Positions 60,450 to 64,000 of a stretch of DNA of 64,000 bases are shown piece by piece. A program made the translations under genes and the position numbers. The notes beneath the pieces were generated by a model. The model did no database searches. It was not told where the DNA came from and was given only the letters and a program-made list of their open reading frames with translations. This DNA is from Bacilli bacterium (GTDB taxonomy: Bacteria > Bacillota_I > Bacilli_A > RF39 > UBA660). How positions within the stretch are numbered: position 1 is the stretch's first letter; each line of letters begins with the position of its first letter. Location: NCBI GenBank assembly GCA_017484205.1, contig JAFUTO010000032.1, positions 6,067 through 70,066 of the forward strand, in the 5' to 3' direction.

Positions 60450-60839
60450 TTACTCACTAAATTCTATCTTATTTCCAAACAAATCTATATAATCTTCATA
60501 AAAATGTTTAGGATTTAGTTTAGATAAATTTTCTACATATAATAAAGTATAGTTTTTGCGAACTTCATCTATAAATTTAACATAATACCATGTATCATAT
60601 GTAGAATTAGTAATTAATATATAATTTCTTAGATTAAATCTATCATTTAATCTATCTATTGCCTCTTTTCTATATTCCTTATTATATTTTATTTTATCAA
60701 TAAACTCATCATAATCATTTTCTTCAAATAATATCTTATAACTTTCTTTCATATCAATCGCGATTGATAAATTAATATTTTTGCCTTCTAACATAGGATG
60801 TAATTCACTCCCATGTAATACTTTATTAATTCTTTCCAT
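60450..60839 (-). CDS. hypothetical protein (129 aa)
   Basis: ORF only. Confidence 0.35.
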   Translation of the reverse strand: MERINKVLHGSELHPMLEGKNINLSIAIDMKESYKILFEENDYDEFIDKIKYNKEYRKEAIDRLNDRFNLRNYILITNSTYDTWYYVKFIDEVRKNYTLLYVENLSKLNPKHFYEDYIDLFGNKIEFSE

Positions 60840-60996
60840 TTATATTTCCTTTCTAACTAAATATTTATTTTTATCTATTTTTGTTAAACTACCGTCTTTA
60901 GTATAACCAGCTAAATAATCTATAACTCTTATTCTAAGTTTCACACTTAATTTACTAATATCTATTAGCATATTATCTTTTATATTTTTTAAATTT

Positions 60997-61479
60997 TCAT
61001 ATTTGCTTACTATCATTAATTACCTCCTCATTTAAATACTTACTAGGAATAAGTTCATATTCTTCATTATTCTTTTCTATTATTATAGCTCTTATTAAAC
61101 CATTCTTTCTTTCTAAATATATTCCATCTACATAGGTAGTTACTTCTATATCATTTTCTAACTCACGTGCATATTTATGATTATATTTATTTTCTAATTT
61201 AGATATTAATCTACGTTTATAAGTATCATATTTTGTATACCCTATTTTTTCATCACGATAAGAAATTGAATGCATATCTACTTCTAGTTTTGTATTATAG
61301 TATATAAAACTATGACTAATTTTTATACCTGTTTTCTTATATGCCTCCTTCAAAGATTTTGGATCAATACACTCTAAATATTTACTTTCAATAATTCTAA
61401 TGATTGTTTCATTAGAAAGATTATTCATATTATATAATTCATCTACTTTATTTAACATAATTACTCCTTTCATTTTCAT
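60997..61479 (-). CDS. hypothetical protein (160 aa)
   Basis: ORF only. Confidence 0.35.
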   Translation of the reverse strand: MKMKGVIMLNKVDELYNMNNLSNETIIRIIESKYLECIDPKSLKEAYKKTGIKISHSFIYYNTKLEVDMHSISYRDEKIGYTKYDTYKRRLISKLENKYNHKYARELENDIEVTTYVDGIYLERKNGLIRAIIIEKNNEEYELIPSKYLNEEVINDSKQI

Positions 61480-61532
61480 TATATAATTTTATAAATATAT
61501 AAAAAATATAACTGGTCATAAAAAGAAAAGAA

Positions 61533-62516
61533 CTACTTTGATAGTTCTTCTAATAAATCATTTATTTTAATATCATCCAATTCCTTAAGTTTTTCTTCAT
61601 TATCATAGTGTAATTTTTTTAGCATGCTAATTCCTCTACTTAATATTATTTCACATTGAAGTTTTAAAAAATCATTATATTTATCATAATCTCTTTTTTT
61701 CAAATCCCAAGGTAGCAATTCAAGAAGATCTTTTAAATTATCATCATAATCTTTCAAAAAATTATCCTCAATGAAATTTTCGTCAAACCAATCTTTCGTA
61801 TTTTTAATAAGTTCTTTTTTTGACCCAAGTAGTTTCTCGTATTCATTATTTTTCATTTTGCTAAGCGTAAGATGAAAATAATCCTCCACACCATAGTGTG
61901 ATCTACTTGTATTAAAATCTTTTGGTACAGGCATAAAATTGCCTATTGTGTGATATAGTTTTAAAAACGCATATAAATAAGGAGAATTCTTGAAAACATC
62001 TAGCACATTTCTACTATTCTTATCATATTCATTAAAACATTTATTAACAGTATAATTTTCAGAACCTTTACCACATGTAAATCTATGATTGTAGTAATAG
62101 TTCATCATATAACTTAAACTAGTTGAAAAAGATGTTAGTGTATCACTATAGAAATAATTATTCGTACCATTTATCATATACGACTTAGAATCAGCCTTAG
62201 ACCATAGTTTATCATAGATTTGTTGTAATAATATACTATTGCTATCAGGATCTCCTACTGTATTATATAATAGATCATTTTTTATTTTTTTAACATATTC
62301 CTGATCTTGACTAGAAGTAGAACACAATCTCGCTTTATATATAAAATATTTATCAATATATGAATCATTATTTATATATTTTGTTGAACCACAATCATTA
62401 GTAAAATCATATAACAATTGATCATTTATGCTTAAGTTTTTAAAATCCTTCATTATCTTATCTTTGCATTCTTCAATATTTTGCATTCTATTTTTATTAA
62501 ATTCTTCTAATGTCAT
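61533..62516 (-). CDS. hypothetical protein (327 aa), first gene downstream of the WYL regulator
   Basis: ORF 4 nt downstream of the WYL gene; no recognisable motif. Confidence 0.4.
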   Translation of the reverse strand: MTLEEFNKNRMQNIEECKDKIMKDFKNLSINDQLLYDFTNDCGSTKYINNDSYIDKYFIYKARLCSTSSQDQEYVKKIKNDLLYNTVGDPDSNSILLQQIYDKLWSKADSKSYMINGTNNYFYSDTLTSFSTSLSYMMNYYYNHRFTCGKGSENYTVNKCFNEYDKNSRNVLDVFKNSPYLYAFLKLYHTIGNFMPVPKDFNTSRSHYGVEDYFHLTLSKMKNNEYEKLLGSKKELIKNTKDWFDENFIEDNFLKDYDDNLKDLLELLPWDLKKRDYDKYNDFLKLQCEIILSRGISMLKKLHYDNEEKLKELDDIKINDLLEELSK

Positions 62517-62520
62517 ATTA

Positions 62521-63510
62521 TCACCTTCCTAAATAATCATTTAATATTTTATTTATTTCATTTTTTAATTCTATAGGTTTAATTATATCTATATATTCTA
62601 TATTTCTAAGTACATAATATTTAAAACCTTCAATATCTTTATTCATTTTTAATTTAAAATGATTATTATCATATTTTTTAATATCTATATCTTTACCAAA
62701 TACTTCTATAACATTATCAAGTAGTTTATTATCACATATTACTTCTATATCACTACCCTTGCCTCCATACATAGATATAGATGATTTAACAATCTCATTT
62801 ATTCTACTTTCACTTATCTTTTTAGATGGTGTATCTAAAATACTAATATTTTTTATTCTATCAATTCTAAATGTTTTTAGTTCATTTTCACCTTGCTTTA
62901 AAGCTATTAAATATAATTCTTGTATTGAATATATAATGGCATATGGTGATATTTTATATGTATCAACTTTGACACTTTTTAAAATAGGATTTAATTCATA
63001 CTTATAATAATCAAATGATATTTCTAACTTATTGTATATAGCATTTTGAATATCTTCTATATTTTTTATAATTTCCATATTATTAGTCTTAATATTATTA
63101 GAATATATTTTATAATTTTTTAGTTTTTCTGCCTCATATATATTTTGCATATTCTTACATTTATCAATTATCCCATTTGATATAACTTCAGGAACAAAAG
63201 TAGCATAACTAAAAGTATCTATAATCGTCCTAATCTCGCCTGGTTCAAATTCATTTTCTGGATTATTTATTAAATAGTAATAATTTTTATTGCCCACTTT
63301 ATCAATCTCAATATCATAATCTAATTTATTTATAAGTAAGTCAATGTTTCTTTCTAAAGTTCTTCTATCATTTTTGACACCATATATATCTTCTACATAT
63401 TTAATAATATCTTGAATTGATAATTTGTGTTCTTCATTAGAATATTTTTTAAGGATATTAATAATATATAAAGCATTCCCGTTTTTTTCATGATAATTCT
63501 TTTCTTCCAT
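62521..63510 (-). CDS. HTH-WYL-domain transcriptional regulator (BrxR/CapW-like architecture)
   Basis: GGAGG RBS plus ATG at 63508-63510. N-terminal DeoR-type HTH (LSIQDIIKYVEDIYGVKNDRRTLERNIDLL), central WYL signature ...ELKTFRIDRIKNISIL..., about 100-aa C-terminal extension. Confidence 0.6.
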   Translation of the reverse strand: MEEKNYHEKNGNALYIINILKKYSNEEHKLSIQDIIKYVEDIYGVKNDRRTLERNIDLLINKLDYDIEIDKVGNKNYYYLINNPENEFEPGEIRTIIDTFSYATFVPEVISNGIIDKCKNMQNIYEAEKLKNYKIYSNNIKTNNMEIIKNIEDIQNAIYNKLEISFDYYKYELNPILKSVKVDTYKISPYAIIYSIQELYLIALKQGENELKTFRIDRIKNISILDTPSKKISESRINEIVKSSISMYGGKGSDIEVICDNKLLDNVIEVFGKDIDIKKYDNNHFKLKMNKDIEGFKYYVLRNIEYIDIIKPIELKNEINKILNDYLGR

Positions 63511-63593
63511 AATTCCTCCATTCAAGTAAATCATACCATATATTAAATTATCAGTAAATAAGAACTGGGCACAAAATGTAAAAAAGATAGAAC

Positions 63594-64000
63594 CTATCTA
63601 TCTTTCATTCTTAATTTTTCTAATACTTTATCATGTATTTCAAATTTAGGATATGCATTCTTAATGTGTCTATATAATATAGAATTCGCATCTATAAAAT
63701 CTAATACTTTCTTTCTTATAACTTCAGTATTATCTTTAGCTTGTTTTTTAATTTCACCTTTAATCTTATTCATTACATTAAATGAAACAATATTATCTAT
63801 TATATATATAACGAATAATATAATCGCGATTATAATTAATAATGTAGGATTTAAATAATCTACTATTTTTACAATTAAAGGATGAAGTAAGTATATTACA
63901 ACACATCCTAAGATTCCAAATGGTAACATCGTTTCTAGACAAATACGTCCATTAATATTAAATTTTCTTCTAGAGTAATCCCACCATCTAGCTTTAAATA
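63594..64000 (-). CDS. membrane protein, N-terminus beyond window end
   Basis: Frame stays open to position 64000 (...WWDYSRRKFNINGRICLETMLPFGILGCVVIYL...). At least 2 TM helices. Confidence 0.35.
   Translation of the reverse strand, partial: FKARWWDYSRRKFNINGRICLETMLPFGILGCVVIYLLHPLIVKIVDYLNPTLLIIIAIILFVIYIIDNIVSFNVMNKIKGEIKKQAKDNTEVIRKKVLDFIDANSILYRHIKNAYPKFEIHDKVLEKLRMKDR

Overview
The window is AT-rich (roughly 27-30% GC) and almost every gene is on the minus strand. It reads as chromosomal DNA of a low-GC, endospore-forming Firmicute with Bacillus-like local gene order (yqfC-yqfD-ybeY-era-recO-glyQS; yrzL-ruvX-yrzB-mltG-yrrM; spoIIAA/sigF followed by spoVAC-AD-AEb; a pro-sigK-like gene). 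Recognisable core genes include dnaB/dnaI, spo0A, pgk, gap, clpP, glyQS, recO, era, ybeY, ezrA, rpsD, tyrS, deoC, rbfA, cca, hup, mgtE, spoIVA, der, engB, rsmD, mltG, ruvX, murE, spoVA genes, sigF and sigK. Scattered through this backbone are accessory patches. (1) Three paralogous proteins with a prepilin-type N-terminus (GFTL(I/T)E) and large C-terminal domains; one sits behind a consensus -35/-10 promoter whose spacer holds a 10-nt G/C homopolymer, a candidate phase-variation switch, and next to an IS30-family element whose transposase has an in-frame amber stop. (2) A ~4.4 kb insertion between gap and pgk carrying a tandem ORF6N-domain protein, a transglutaminase-like lipoprotein and a pilin-like gene. 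(3) A candidate type I toxin-antitoxin module between clpP and glyQS: a 24-aa hydrophobic peptide ORF with a strong SD, 11-bp 5'/3' long-range complementarity, and a convergent sRNA with a perfect TTGACT-N17-TATAAT promoter. A toxin-less deleted copy with compensatory hairpin changes lies near rbfA. (4) Two homologous T-box-like leaders, one before deoC-tyrS and one before orf-glyQS. (5) At the right edge, an island of uncharacterised genes headed by an HTH-WYL regulator (BrxR/CapW-like). This is the best candidate in the window for an undescribed regulated, possibly defence-related, system, but it is cut by the window end. No rRNA, tRNA or CRISPR array was recognised.
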